Shown here piece after piece: positions 46,846 to 57,182 of a stretch of 64,000 bases of DNA (its first letter is position 1; each line of letters begins with the position of its first letter). A program made the position numbers and the translations under genes. The notes under the pieces were generated by a model. It was not told where the DNA came from. It ran no database searches and worked only from the letters and a program-made list of their open reading frames with translations. This stretch comes from Spirochaetia bacterium (lineage in GTDB: Bacteria; Spirochaetota; Spirochaetia; DSM-2461). Where the stretch lies: contig CAXXIA010000001.1 in assembly GCA_963666985.2 (NCBI GenBank), positions 1,344,001-1,408,000 on the forward strand, written 5' to 3'.

Positions 46846-48621
46846 TCAATAAGAACCGGCCGAAGCCTCGGCCGCGTAAACCAATGTCGGCGACAGTATG
46901 GGAATGCCTTCCTTGGCATCTTTTAAGGAACGGCCCCAGGGGCCCACGGGATCGGCAGGAACGAGTTCTTCCGAGTTCCAGGGTTCTTCCGAAACAAGAT
47001 CGTCGACTAAAAGAGCGGCGCGGCGTCCCCGATGATGAATTTCCAGGAAATACGGCATAACGGTTCCGGGCGGACGCAGTCCCATGGGACCGATGATGGG
47101 GATAAGTCCGCCCCCAATATCATAAGCCTGTCCGGATGCGGCCACCCTCGCCGGATCCATTACGCCTCGCCGGCGCACCGAATACGCCGGGATGGCCCAT
47201 GTTCCGCCGTCCGATACGAAAAGAAGATAGGGCCGCCGCATGTGTTTCTCCGGCAGACTCCATCTGACGGTCAGCCCGCGTCCCGGTCTGTTTTCAATCT
47301 CCAAGTCGCTTCCGAACTCACTGTCGGTAATTCTCCGAACCATTTCCAAACCCAATCCCCGGCCGCCGTCCAAATCCGATTCCTCGAGAGTGGAAAATCC
47401 CGGTGAACACAAAAGATTAAGCAGTTCTTCGCCATCACGCTCAAAGGCCGTACCCTCACGCACGGCTTTTTCCAAAACCGCCTCTTCATCGATGCCCCTG
47501 CCGTCATCCTCAAAAGAAAATCGATACGCCGATCCGGAACGTTCGACATCCAAGCGCAGGATTCCCGTTTCTTCTTTTCCCGCGGCGGTCCTCTCCTCGG
47601 GATTCTCAATACCATGCCGAAGTGAATTGCGAACAAGCTGTTTGAGAATTTCTCCCAGCGTTTCAAGGGTGGAGGCATCCAAACCCGCCGAAGCGACGCT
47701 CCACTCGAATTTCGCTTTGATACCGCGGCGTTCGGCCAAACGCTCCACGGCCTCGGCCACTTCCGTCATGAGAGGTTCCAGAGGCCTATAAGCCAGAGAT
47801 TCCAATTGTTTTTGAAGTTCCAAAGATAAAGCGGCTTCCGGTGTTCCGGGCTTTCGCTCCAACCGCCACGCCAACTCTTCGGCAAGCTGCATCGTTTCGC
47901 CGTAACGCGACCGATCCACGATGAGGGAGGTATCCTCTTCATTCTTTCTTCCGACTGAAATCCCCAGCGGGACTTCGGAGGATTCAAGAGCATCCTCATA
48001 TTCGAGTCTTATCAGCTCAAGAACATCAACCTGGTCGACATTGGTCGCTTTAAAAACCTCATGCTCGGGGAGTTCGGTCGTCAGCCAAAAAACCGGCCGG
48101 GAGAAATCCGCTTCCGGATTATCCATGGGAGGATCGGCCTTTACCAAAGTCATGACCGTTTCGATTCGCGACGAAATCAGATAGGCTCTCGAATACGGCA
48201 AAGGCTCGGACGGATCGATTCTGCACGTCAGTCTGTAAAAGACCTCGCCCCTGGTACGGGAGTCCTCCAGGACACGCCGATCCAAATCGGTGAACCTGAC
48301 GGCTCTTCCGACACCCCCGCCGGCGGTGAATTGTTTCTTGGAACCCGTAACGGCCGAATCGATTAACTTTTTGAGCGTTTCGGCGGCGGCATTCCAATCA
48401 ACAGCCTCTCCGTCGCTCTTTGACAAAACACCTTCAAGCGCATGAGCCTCAAGCTCGACATCACTCCATCCGAGAAAAGAGGCTCCCGATTTTAAGGAAT
48501 GGAGCGATCGCGCGACATCGGCCCATCCGCCTTCATACCGGGATTGAAGATTTCCCGTTCTCATGGCGGAGAGGAGTTCCGCGGAGTCTTTGAGGAACGA
48601 TTCTATGAATTCAGAGGCCAT
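46846..48621 (-). CDS. Divergent CheA-like kinase (Hpt, P2, HATPase, CheW-like)
   Basis: RSLHSLKSGA, LVRNSLRHGIE, EDDGRGID, PGFST, GRGLGLEMV, ALLVDDL. Confidence 0.85.
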   Translation of the reverse strand: MASEFIESFLKDSAELLSAMRTGNLQSRYEGGWADVARSLHSLKSGASFLGWSDVELEAHALEGVLSKSDGEAVDWNAAAETLKKLIDSAVTGSKKQFTAGGGVGRAVRFTDLDRRVLEDSRTRGEVFYRLTCRIDPSEPLPYSRAYLISSRIETVMTLVKADPPMDNPEADFSRPVFWLTTELPEHEVFKATNVDQVDVLELIRLEYEDALESSEVPLGISVGRKNEEDTSLIVDRSRYGETMQLAEELAWRLERKPGTPEAALSLELQKQLESLAYRPLEPLMTEVAEAVERLAERRGIKAKFEWSVASAGLDASTLETLGEILKQLVRNSLRHGIENPEERTAAGKEETGILRLDVERSGSAYRFSFEDDGRGIDEEAVLEKAVREGTAFERDGEELLNLLCSPGFSTLEESDLDGGRGLGLEMVRRITDSEFGSDLEIENRPGRGLTVRWSLPEKHMRRPYLLFVSDGGTWAIPAYSVRRRGVMDPARVAASGQAYDIGGGLIPIIGPMGLRPPGTVMPYFLEIHHRGRRAALLVDDLVSEEPWNSEELVPADPVGPWGRSLKDAKEGIPILSPTLVYAAEASAGSY

Positions 48622-48628
48622 CGGCGTA

Positions 48629-49168
48629 TCAGCGTCTCCTATCGTGCAGTGAAATAATCAGTTCAACCTCTCCTCGGCTCATCCCGAGGTTCGCGGCGAT
48701 GGCATCCGATGTTTCACCTCTTCGGTGAAGCACCAGCGTCTTGTCTTTTACGGAAAGAGAATCGAAATCAATGGAATTGACGATATCCGACTCGGCTTTT
48801 TCGGCGTCCTCGTGAAGTTCATGTTCCGGCTCATCCAAAGTGAGGCTTATGGGGCGGCTTCTTGCCAAAGACGCGTACGTTTTCCCTGCCTTTTCAATGG
48901 CCTCCGTTTCGCTTCTTAAAACGGATGCGGTTTTCGAACTCTTCTCCAAAAGTTCCGATAGCTGCCCTATACGGCTCTCCAGCAGCGCGACATTTCGTTC
49001 CGTTGTCGCATTCATTTCGGTTATCAGTCCCGAAACTTCGGAACGGAAGCGTCCGAGAATCGCATCCGTTTTGAGTTCATCGCGCATTCTTGTGCGGAGT
49101 ATTCGAAAATAAACGGTACATGCAATAAGAGATACCGCAAGTGAAATGCCTATATAAATGAAAACCAT
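48629..49168 (-). CDS. Membrane-anchored coiled-coil protein with C-terminal HTH-like motif
   Basis: N-terminal TM, coiled coil, IAANLGMSRGEVELII. Confidence 0.75.
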   Translation of the reverse strand: MVFIYIGISLAVSLIACTVYFRILRTRMRDELKTDAILGRFRSEVSGLITEMNATTERNVALLESRIGQLSELLEKSSKTASVLRSETEAIEKAGKTYASLARSRPISLTLDEPEHELHEDAEKAESDIVNSIDFDSLSVKDKTLVLHRRGETSDAIAANLGMSRGEVELIISLHDRRR

Positions 49169-49172
49169 GAGC

Positions 49173-49499
49173 TCAACCGGTTAAATCCACATGACGTCCG
49201 ATATCCGGATCGGTAACGACTTCCCTTCCGCTGGAATCTTCGGAAGAGGCATCGTCGCTTCGGCGTTCTCTCTTTCGAGATTCCTTCTCTCTCTCGGACT
49301 GATCATCCTTAACCGCTTGTGTTTCATCATCCTGCGGCGTTTGAGTAACACGATGGTCCTTTTCAATCTCCTTGGCAACTTGAGTTTTAGCGGCCTGGTC
49401 CTGCTGCAGAGACGCATGTTCTTTGGCAAGTGCCTGTTCCTTGCTGACTTCATCCATTTTTACGAAAAGCGTCTGAAGGTCGATCGGCTTAATACTCAA
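49173..49499 (-). CDS. Conserved hypothetical protein of the flagellar operon
   Basis: MSIKPIDLQ...DPDIGRHVDLTG; typical position after fapA. Confidence 0.75.
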   Translation of the reverse strand: MSIKPIDLQTLFVKMDEVSKEQALAKEHASLQQDQAAKTQVAKEIEKDHRVTQTPQDDETQAVKDDQSEREKESRKRERRSDDASSEDSSGREVVTDPDIGRHVDLTG

Positions 49500-49504
49500 A
49501 AAGG

Positions 49505-51472
49505 CTACCTCCTGGTGAGGTCTTCTTCGATATCCTGGTATTTTACTGTTCGGATATATTCGTCTTCCAAGATAAATGTAACCGCGCTTTCATACGCGTC
49601 TTTAACGACATATTCAACATCGCGTATCCTTAAAATCGTTCCGACCAAAACTTTCTTTTGAGCGGAGATTTTACCGTGCATCAATAAGGAATCGAGATAT
49701 TCCTGTTTCTTACCGATTTCTTCTTCAACCGCGGTAAGTTTTTTATGAAGCTCGTTGTGCTGAATCCTGAGTTCCTCGAAAAGCAGTTCCTTTTCCTTGG
49801 AAAGACGCTTCTTCTGCATCCGAACCTGCCGCTTCAAACCTTGAAGATTCTTATCGACCGTATCCCGTTCCTTTTCGATCGCGGAACGCTGTTCTTCCAG
49901 CTCTTCAATCTCTTCTTTGGCCTTCGGATCGAATCCGACTTCGATCAATGTCTCCGAACCGCCGGGCGAACCGATGGTAACGGCATTCACTTCTTCCGAA
50001 GCGCGAACATGGCCGCCGACGATTTTTGCCCTTTTTCCCTTGCAGAGCACCTTTTTAAGGGCCACGACATCCGAGTTGACGATACCCGCACTGACTATGA
50101 TGAATTCACCTGCTTCGGCTTGAGCATTCTGGATGAATGAAGACCAGATGGATTTCCCGGCGGTGATATGCCCGAACTCATCCCCTTCTCCGCCGTTGAT
50201 GCCTCGGGATACGACAATATCGCCGCCGGCGTTCAAATTGGCTTTGCCGACGTAACCGGCAACGTCGATTTTCCCTTGAGCCGTTACCGAATAGCCGTCC
50301 TCAACATTACCCTTAATCTCTACCGATCCGAGAGCGTTGACGTTTCCCGTCCGGCCGTCCACATTCCCGGGAATTACAAGAACGGTTTCCACGGTTATTT
50401 TGCCGTTCTTCAGCATGACATGACCGCTGGCGGTAGCGACAACGGTAGAACCGTTGTCCGTGATGGTGACATTCTTGCCAAGGCCGATTTCCATATCCGC
50501 GCCGTCTTTTGCGGGGATATAGCGTCCGTACACCGTTCGCCCGTCTTTTCCCGGTTCCGGCGAGACTTTCCTGGCCAGCGGCTGGCCTTTCACCACGTTC
50601 TGAAATTTGTTCAGTTCTTTGAAATCGACGCTTCCGTCTTCACGTTCCTGGATGTGGATTTTATCCGGATCGGTTTCAAAATTATAAATAATTTTCGCTT
50701 CGGCGCCGTTAATCGGTTCGCTTCCTTCGGCAACAAGAAACGGAGTATCGAATACAGGAAAGTCCTCATACTCCTGAAGCGCATCCTTTAAGATTCCGTA
50801 AACGATGCTGTTGTTGCTTAAAAATCCCCGAATGTCGTCGGCGCTCATATCCGCGCCGCCTTCTCCCGGTTCCATAACCTTGATATAGGCTTTCATGTTC
50901 TCATCGGTAACTTCCAGAGAACAGAGGGCGTCGTTTGCGGGATTGTACGTAAATTCGCCGACCTTAACCCACATTTCATCAGCCTGCTGAGCCAATATAT
51001 CAATCATATCCCGGTCTATATCGGTAATGCCTCTATCATAGAGTCTGCCGGCGATATCTTCGGCGGTAATCGGAACACCCTGCCCTTTGGCCGGAAAGAC
51101 TTTCGCCCAAGCTCCATCGGAAGCCAACCGAACCGAAAAACGACCGTTGACATCCGTATTTACGGGAACTTCTTCCTGCATATAGGATTTCAGATCGAGT
51201 TCTTCTTCCAGAGAACGTTCCTCGGAAACGCTCGGCCCCTTAACCGTTTCATACGCGATGATGCGCCAGGGAGATCCTTTAATTCCCAAAACTCCGGAGC
51301 GCCCTTTGTCGAGGATTTCATATTCAAGACTTCGAAGAGGAAGCGACAATTCAATCGATGCCTGATGCAGAGCGTCATCCAGGTTTTTCCCGCTGACCTG
51401 GACGGTTTTAACCTTCTTGGTCTTCTCATACTCGGCCTTCATCTTTTCGCGAAAACCGTCAAGACCGATCAT
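49505..51472 (-). CDS. FapA (DUF342) flagellar assembly protein with Jag_N domain
   Basis: GKNLDDAL..A..EL...YEILDKG; DGSVDFKEL, G.DGRTVYG, GNVD..TGNV, IVGG. Confidence 0.9.
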   Translation of the reverse strand: MIGLDGFREKMKAEYEKTKKVKTVQVSGKNLDDALHQASIELSLPLRSLEYEILDKGRSGVLGIKGSPWRIIAYETVKGPSVSEERSLEEELDLKSYMQEEVPVNTDVNGRFSVRLASDGAWAKVFPAKGQGVPITAEDIAGRLYDRGITDIDRDMIDILAQQADEMWVKVGEFTYNPANDALCSLEVTDENMKAYIKVMEPGEGGADMSADDIRGFLSNNSIVYGILKDALQEYEDFPVFDTPFLVAEGSEPINGAEAKIIYNFETDPDKIHIQEREDGSVDFKELNKFQNVVKGQPLARKVSPEPGKDGRTVYGRYIPAKDGADMEIGLGKNVTITDNGSTVVATASGHVMLKNGKITVETVLVIPGNVDGRTGNVNALGSVEIKGNVEDGYSVTAQGKIDVAGYVGKANLNAGGDIVVSRGINGGEGDEFGHITAGKSIWSSFIQNAQAEAGEFIIVSAGIVNSDVVALKKVLCKGKRAKIVGGHVRASEEVNAVTIGSPGGSETLIEVGFDPKAKEEIEELEEQRSAIEKERDTVDKNLQGLKRQVRMQKKRLSKEKELLFEELRIQHNELHKKLTAVEEEIGKKQEYLDSLLMHGKISAQKKVLVGTILRIRDVEYVVKDAYESAVTFILEDEYIRTVKYQDIEEDLTRR

Positions 51473-51474
51473 CG

Positions 51475-52269
51475 TTAAAAAATCCCCTTCTTCATATTGG
51501 TGAGTTTTCCCCTCAGCCTGCTGATGGCTTTGGTATGAAGCTGAGAAATGCGCGATTCTGTTACATCGAGGACTTTCCCAATCTCTTTGAGCGTTAAATC
51601 CTCATAGTAATAGAGTACGAGAACCTTCTTTTCCTTTTCGGGCAATTCGCTGATGGCTTCGACAATCACACGGCGTATCTCCCCTTTTTCGGCGATGGCA
51701 TCCGGCCGCAGGGAATTGGGCGATTCAATGCTTTCAACAATGGATATATTGTCGTTTTCTTCACCGGTATACCAGACATCATTAAGCGAAAGCATGGATG
51801 TGCCGCTGACTTTCAGCATCATCTGGTTGTATTGCTCCATGCTCATACCCATTTCGCCGGCCACCTCGTCGTCTTTTGCGGAACGGCCCAGCCTGGCTTC
51901 AAGATTTTGGACCGTTTCCTCAATCTCGCGCGTCTTCTGGCGGACCGATCTCGGAACCCAGTCGATGGATCTGAGCTCGTCAAAAATGGCTCCGCGGATT
52001 CTGGTAACCGCGTAAGTTTTAAATTTGACATGCTTTTCAGGATCGAATTTTTCTATGGCGTCGAACAGGCCGAAAACACCGAATCCGACCAAATCGTCAA
52101 AGTCGACGTTCTGAGGCATGCCAACGGAAACCTTCCCCGCAACATACTTAACAAGCGGTGCATACTGCTTAACAATCGTATCTCTTATGGATTGATCGCC
52201 TGTTTCACGATATTTCTTCCAAATCTCTTTTTCGGGGATTCCAGCAATTTCGATGTCGTCGTCCGCCAT
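51475..52269 (-). CDS. fliA: RNA polymerase sigma-28 factor (FliA/WhiG)
   Basis: [56 protein letters not shown]. Confidence 0.97.
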   Translation of the reverse strand: MADDDIEIAGIPEKEIWKKYRETGDQSIRDTIVKQYAPLVKYVAGKVSVGMPQNVDFDDLVGFGVFGLFDAIEKFDPEKHVKFKTYAVTRIRGAIFDELRSIDWVPRSVRQKTREIEETVQNLEARLGRSAKDDEVAGEMGMSMEQYNQMMLKVSGTSMLSLNDVWYTGEENDNISIVESIESPNSLRPDAIAEKGEIRRVIVEAISELPEKEKKVLVLYYYEDLTLKEIGKVLDVTESRISQLHTKAISRLRGKLTNMKKGIF

Positions 52270-52272
52270 GAG

Positions 52273-52857
52273 CTAACCTTTCTTTTCTCTTTTAATTACA
52301 GTCTGAATGGCCTGTGCAATTTCCTGTGGGTCGGTTTCCATTCCCAGCACCTCGGAAACGCTTCGAGTCGATGGAATTGAATCATCTTCAACATCCGAAA
52401 AATCCGCTGAGAATCTGTCCAAATCTCCTACATCCCCCACATTATCCTCTTCCGACGACTCCGGTTCCACGTCCGAAGCCGTATCGTTCTTTTCTTCTTG
52501 TTCGGGAATACCGCTTTCCGCTCCATCCGTATCGGAGGTTTGAGAATCGATATTCTCCGTCTCCGCCGCGGGATATCCGGGATTCTCGGCAGGCATGACG
52601 ATATCCACGTGCCTGCCTGTTCCTTCATCGTCGGATTCCGCCGCAAATGCCGTCCCGCTTTCAAAGATCTCCGGGAAGAACCGAATCATTAAGATATTCA
52701 GTCCTGCGGCAAGAACGGTGAATAAAGCACCTCCGACAAATGCTCTTACAAGCAGCATTCCAAAACGGATGCCCGAAAGACCGCCGCTTAATAGCGACAC
52801 GGCCATCGCGAGAACACCGATTGCGGCAACGAATTTCCAGCGGATACCTTCAATCAC
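52273..52857 (-). CDS. Two-TM hypothetical protein with acidic tail
   Basis: Two N-terminal TM helices; C-terminal DPQEIAQAIQTVI; lies between flhG and fliA. Confidence 0.75.
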   Translation of the reverse strand: MIEGIRWKFVAAIGVLAMAVSLLSGGLSGIRFGMLLVRAFVGGALFTVLAAGLNILMIRFFPEIFESGTAFAAESDDEGTGRHVDIVMPAENPGYPAAETENIDSQTSDTDGAESGIPEQEEKNDTASDVEPESSEEDNVGDVGDLDRFSADFSDVEDDSIPSTRSVSEVLGMETDPQEIAQAIQTVIKREKKG

Positions 52858-52905
52858 GGATTCACTGTTCCCTTAAACCCAGGATAGGCGACCCAAAAAA
52901 AGCCG

Positions 52906-53784
52906 TCAACTATCCAGCCTCCCGAAGAGTTTCCTTATGAAACGGGACATGCCTCCCCCCTCTCTGTATTCTACCTTCTCCAGCCTGCCGACGATATGAT
53001 GTATGCACTGCGTCGCACGAGACCGAGGATCGCTTATAATAAAAGGCTGCTGCTTCCTGACCGCGGCGGGAACCGCAGGATCATCATAAACGAATCCCAA
53101 ATAATCCACCTTAACGTTTAAAAACTGCCCCGTGATGTTAATCACACGCTGAGCGACCTTTTTCGCCTCGGTAACGCTGGAGACACGGTTTACAATAAGC
53201 TTGAGTCCCATATCCAAGTCATCGATTTCCGTGGATATGATTTTAATGATTCCATATGCATCGGTAATCGCCGTCGGTTCCGGAGTCGTCACGATCACCG
53301 CATCGTCGGCCGCTTCGATAAAAGCCAGCACGTTGGAGCTCACTCCGGCGCTCGTATCGATGATGATGATGTCGGCATCGGCCAGGGCGGTCAGTTCGCT
53401 CACGAAGCTCTTCCGCTCTTCTTCCAAAAGATTCGCGATTCGGCTGAAGCCGGACGCACCGGCGACAATCTGTATGCCGTACGGCGTATCCAGGATAATA
53501 TCCTGCATCTGCTTCTGCTTCCTGATAACGTGATAGAGATTGAACTTCGGAATTACACCCATAACCACGTTCACGTTCGCCAATCCCAAATCGGCATCAA
53601 GAACGAGAACCTTTTTTCCCAGTTTTGCGTAGGCGATGGCCATATTGATGGACATATTCGTCTTTCCGACTCCGCCTTTGCCGCTGGCAACCGCAATAAT
53701 CCGAGTTTTCTTCTCCATCGAGGGACCGGATTGTTCGGTCCGAGACTTGACGATTTCCCTGAGTTTTTCCGCTTGATCGGCCAC
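52906..53784 (-). CDS. flhG: FlhG/FleN MinD-like ATPase
   Basis: DQAEKLR, SGKGGVGKT, DADLGLAN, TTPEPTAITDAY. Confidence 0.95.
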   Translation of the reverse strand: MADQAEKLREIVKSRTEQSGPSMEKKTRIIAVASGKGGVGKTNMSINMAIAYAKLGKKVLVLDADLGLANVNVVMGVIPKFNLYHVIRKQKQMQDIILDTPYGIQIVAGASGFSRIANLLEEERKSFVSELTALADADIIIIDTSAGVSSNVLAFIEAADDAVIVTTPEPTAITDAYGIIKIISTEIDDLDMGLKLIVNRVSSVTEAKKVAQRVINITGQFLNVKVDYLGFVYDDPAVPAAVRKQQPFIISDPRSRATQCIHHIVGRLEKVEYREGGGMSRFIRKLFGRLDS

Positions 53785-53786
53785 AT

Positions 53787-55031
53787 CTATCTCCAATTCG
53801 CCGTCAAATCAGCGGCTTTGTAGGTATCTTTAAACGCGGATTCATCGTAATCCAGCCCGCGTACTCTCGCCAGCAGTCTCGCCGGGGAAGCCAATGAGAT
53901 GTCGACCGGCACGCTCTGGCCGTCGGTAAGATAACTCACGGAGGCTCCCGATTTTGCCAGAACGCTGATAACGTTGCCGATTCTCGATGTCTCATCAAGT
54001 TTAGTAAGGACTACCGAGGTATATCCGAACGGTTCAAACTGATCCATGATTTCTTTCAAATCCGCGGTTTTCGTCGTCGCGCTTAAAGCAAGATGCACAT
54101 CCGCCCCCTTTCCGCAGGCCGAAAGGAGATTCCTCATTTCATCAATTTTCACAACATCCCGAGGACTTTTTCCGATGGTGTCGATTAAAAGCAAGTCCGA
54201 ATCGGAAGCGAGGGCCACTTGTTTGCGAAGCTCATCATAATCGTCAACGGCCAGAACAGGGATACCCATAATCTCACCATAGGTTTCAACTTGAGCTCGG
54301 GCGCCGATTCTGAAGCTGTCCACGGTAATAATCCTGACATCGGATTTCCCCGGACCGCCGGCCAGTCCGTAAACGGCGGCCAGTTTGGCTATCGTTGTTG
54401 TTTTTCCGACTCCCGTCGGGCCGACCAGAACAAAAACGCGCGGACCGCTTTTTTCCTGTTCCGCTGAGAAAGAAATGCTCTCGGCGATGCGTTCGACGAT
54501 TGCCGTATGCACCATTTCTCGATCTTCAAGTTCGGCGGCCTTGAAATCCATCCGAAGCGATTCGATAATCTCTTCGATAAAATCGGGCTCGAAATCATTC
54601 TCTTCCAGAATCCGGACGGCTTCGGAGAGAACGGGAAAACGCTCGGGCGGCGGAGTTGAAGCGGCAACGGCCAAGTGGGACTTTAAATCCCTGAGTTCCC
54701 TTAAAACGTCGGTTATGCCTTCGGAATCATTCGCCGAATCGTCTTTCGAAGGAATTTCGGCCGGACTTCGAGCAATCCGATCCGATTTTCCCGCCGACGC
54801 GAGAATGGCGGCCCGCGCCTGTTCATCACGATTTTTCCGAATCGCCGCGGCCTCATCCCCCGTGGCGACATACCCCGAACATTCCACCTGTTCTTTGCCG
54901 AGCCATCCCCTGATGCCCGAAGCCGGAACGTTTTTTTCCACCAGGATTCTCACCTGCTCGCCGTATTTGCTGTGTATTCGGTTGATCACCTCGTCTCGGG
55001 TGTCGCCCCGTTCATGAAAGTAGCGCGGCAT
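53787..55031 (-). CDS. flhF: Flagellar SRP-type GTPase FlhF
   Basis: GPTGVGKTTTIAKLAA, DTIG, TKLDET, GQSVP.DI. Confidence 0.95.
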   Translation of the reverse strand: MPRYFHERGDTRDEVINRIHSKYGEQVRILVEKNVPASGIRGWLGKEQVECSGYVATGDEAAAIRKNRDEQARAAILASAGKSDRIARSPAEIPSKDDSANDSEGITDVLRELRDLKSHLAVAASTPPPERFPVLSEAVRILEENDFEPDFIEEIIESLRMDFKAAELEDREMVHTAIVERIAESISFSAEQEKSGPRVFVLVGPTGVGKTTTIAKLAAVYGLAGGPGKSDVRIITVDSFRIGARAQVETYGEIMGIPVLAVDDYDELRKQVALASDSDLLLIDTIGKSPRDVVKIDEMRNLLSACGKGADVHLALSATTKTADLKEIMDQFEPFGYTSVVLTKLDETSRIGNVISVLAKSGASVSYLTDGQSVPVDISLASPARLLARVRGLDYDESAFKDTYKAADLTANWR

Positions 55032-57115
55032 CAAGAATCTCCTATACGAATCTCGCCGAGGGATTCAATGGAAATCCCCTCGGCAATCTCCGGTACCGAC
55101 AATATGACAAGGTCCGGTAAATCTCGGACCGTTGTTGAACGCACCAGGGCCCTGGCCGCTTCGCTGCAAAGTATAACGGGCCATCCGCCTGTGTCACGAG
55201 CCTCTTTTACGGTGTTCGCGACCGCATTAATCCAAGCCCTCTGGAACGCGGGCTCCATCGCCGCGATATCGCCGGAGGCCGTTTCCGTTCTGGAATCGAT
55301 AATGGCTTTCTCCACCCTTGGATCGATGGTAAGCACCGGAAGCTTCCTCTCTTCATCGGCATACTGCAGACAAATCTGCCGCCCCAGAGCCTGGCGTGAT
55401 TTTTCGATGAGAAAACCGGTATCTTTCGAAATCGATGCGTAGTCTCCCATCGTCTCCAAAATCGCCACAAGATTCCGAATACTCACCTGCTCGGAGAGAA
55501 GTCCCTGGAGAATCTTCTGAATCTGTCCCAAAGAAAATTCCTTGGTTATTTCTTCGACAACCGCGGAATAATCGGACTTCAACGTATCGAGCATAGCCCT
55601 GATTTCCTGACGGCCCAGGATTTCTCCCGCATGTCTTTTAAGAATTTCAGTCAGATGCGTGGCGATGATGGACGGACCGTCCACGACCGTATAGCCGGCC
55701 CTTTCGGCACTTTCACGGCCGCTTTCCGAAATCCATGTCGCCGGCAGTCCGAACGCCGGATCCGTTGCGGGTTCTCCGTCGAGCTTGGTCCTTTCCCCGC
55801 CGGGATTGATGGCCAGAAAATGATTCATGCGGATAATTCCGCGCCCCACTTCCGTTCCCCGGAGTTTAAAGGCGTATTCCGAAGGCTCTAAACGCATATT
55901 GTCCATAATACGGATTCGCGGAACAACAAGACCCAAATCGAGGGCCGCTTCCTTGCGGATTCTGGTAACCCGCTCAAGAAGTTCCGCTCCCTGATCTTTA
56001 TCCACCAAAGGAATTAAACCGAATCCTAATTCCAAAGAAACCGGATCCAGAGGAACAACCGGTGAAATTTCCTGAGGCTCGGTACTCTCCGGTTTCTCCG
56101 TCTGAGCGGCTCCCTCTTCGGCCTTTTCCTTTCGGCTCAATCTCCAGGCAAGAAAACCGATCAGCCCGCCCAGCGGAAGCATGATGTACCAGGGAAATCC
56201 GGGGAGGATTCCCATAACGACCAGAAAGCCCGCCGCGACATAATAAATCCGCGACTGCCGTGAAAACTGTTCCTGGACATCGGTTCCGAAGCTTCCTTCA
56301 CTGATGGAGCGGGTCACGATAAGACCCGTGGCGACCGAAACCAGAAGAACGGGAATCTGTGAAACCAAGCCGTCACCGATTGTCAACGAAACATAGGTGG
56401 TCAGGGCATCCTGAATCGGCTCGCCGTGAATGGTGGTTCCGACGATCAGTCCGCCGACAATATTCACCAGCGTAATAACGATACTGACCTTTACCGTTCC
56501 GCTGATGAATTTGGTGGCACCGTCCATGGAACCGTAAAAATTAACCGAATCATCAAGATGCTTTTTACGGCGCCTCATTTCCTCTTCCGTAATGGCGCCG
56601 GAACTGTATTCGGAATCGATGGCCATTTGCTTCGCCGGGAGTCCGTCCAATGCGAACCTGGCCGCCACTTCCGAAACCCGTGTGGATCCCTTTGTAATAA
56701 CCATGAACTGCACGGCCACAAGAATGATGAAAATGATCAGTCCGATAACAAGGCCTTGCGTTCCTTCGGAACCGACGACGAAGGTAGAGAAGGCCCTGAC
56801 AATCGCACCGTCGAACTTACTTCCGAGCTTGAGAATAAGACGCGTGGAAGAAACGTTGAGCGCCAGCCCGAACACCGTTGAAATAAGCAGAATCGTCGGA
56901 AACAGAGAAAACTCAAGCGGATCTTTGTTGTAGAGAACCAGCAAGATAATGAGGAGTGAAAGCGTCAAGTTGAGCGCCATCAGAAGGTCGAGAATCACGG
57001 TGGGCAAAGGAATGATCAGCATCATAACGATGAAAACCACGCCCACGGCGATAATGATATCGCCCCGCTGACGGCCGAAAACGCTTCGGAACGTATTTAA
57101 CGTTGCGTCAGCCAT
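55031..57115 (-). CDS. flhA: Flagellar export gate protein FlhA
   Basis: ITKGSTRVSEVAARFALDGLPAKQMAID, FYGSMDGA.KF, TIGDGLVSQIP. Confidence 0.98.
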   Translation of the reverse strand: MADATLNTFRSVFGRQRGDIIIAVGVVFIVMMLIIPLPTVILDLLMALNLTLSLLIILLVLYNKDPLEFSLFPTILLISTVFGLALNVSSTRLILKLGSKFDGAIVRAFSTFVVGSEGTQGLVIGLIIFIILVAVQFMVITKGSTRVSEVAARFALDGLPAKQMAIDSEYSSGAITEEEMRRRKKHLDDSVNFYGSMDGATKFISGTVKVSIVITLVNIVGGLIVGTTIHGEPIQDALTTYVSLTIGDGLVSQIPVLLVSVATGLIVTRSISEGSFGTDVQEQFSRQSRIYYVAAGFLVVMGILPGFPWYIMLPLGGLIGFLAWRLSRKEKAEEGAAQTEKPESTEPQEISPVVPLDPVSLELGFGLIPLVDKDQGAELLERVTRIRKEAALDLGLVVPRIRIMDNMRLEPSEYAFKLRGTEVGRGIIRMNHFLAINPGGERTKLDGEPATDPAFGLPATWISESGRESAERAGYTVVDGPSIIATHLTEILKRHAGEILGRQEIRAMLDTLKSDYSAVVEEITKEFSLGQIQKILQGLLSEQVSIRNLVAILETMGDYASISKDTGFLIEKSRQALGRQICLQYADEERKLPVLTIDPRVEKAIIDSRTETASGDIAAMEPAFQRAWINAVANTVKEARDTGGWPVILCSEAARALVRSTTVRDLPDLVILSVPEIAEGISIESLGEIRIGDS

Positions 57116-57182
57116 AAGGTCCTCCGTTCAAGCAAGCCCGTCAAAGGCCCGCTTTTCTTTCCCGCCGGTGCGCTCATCAACA

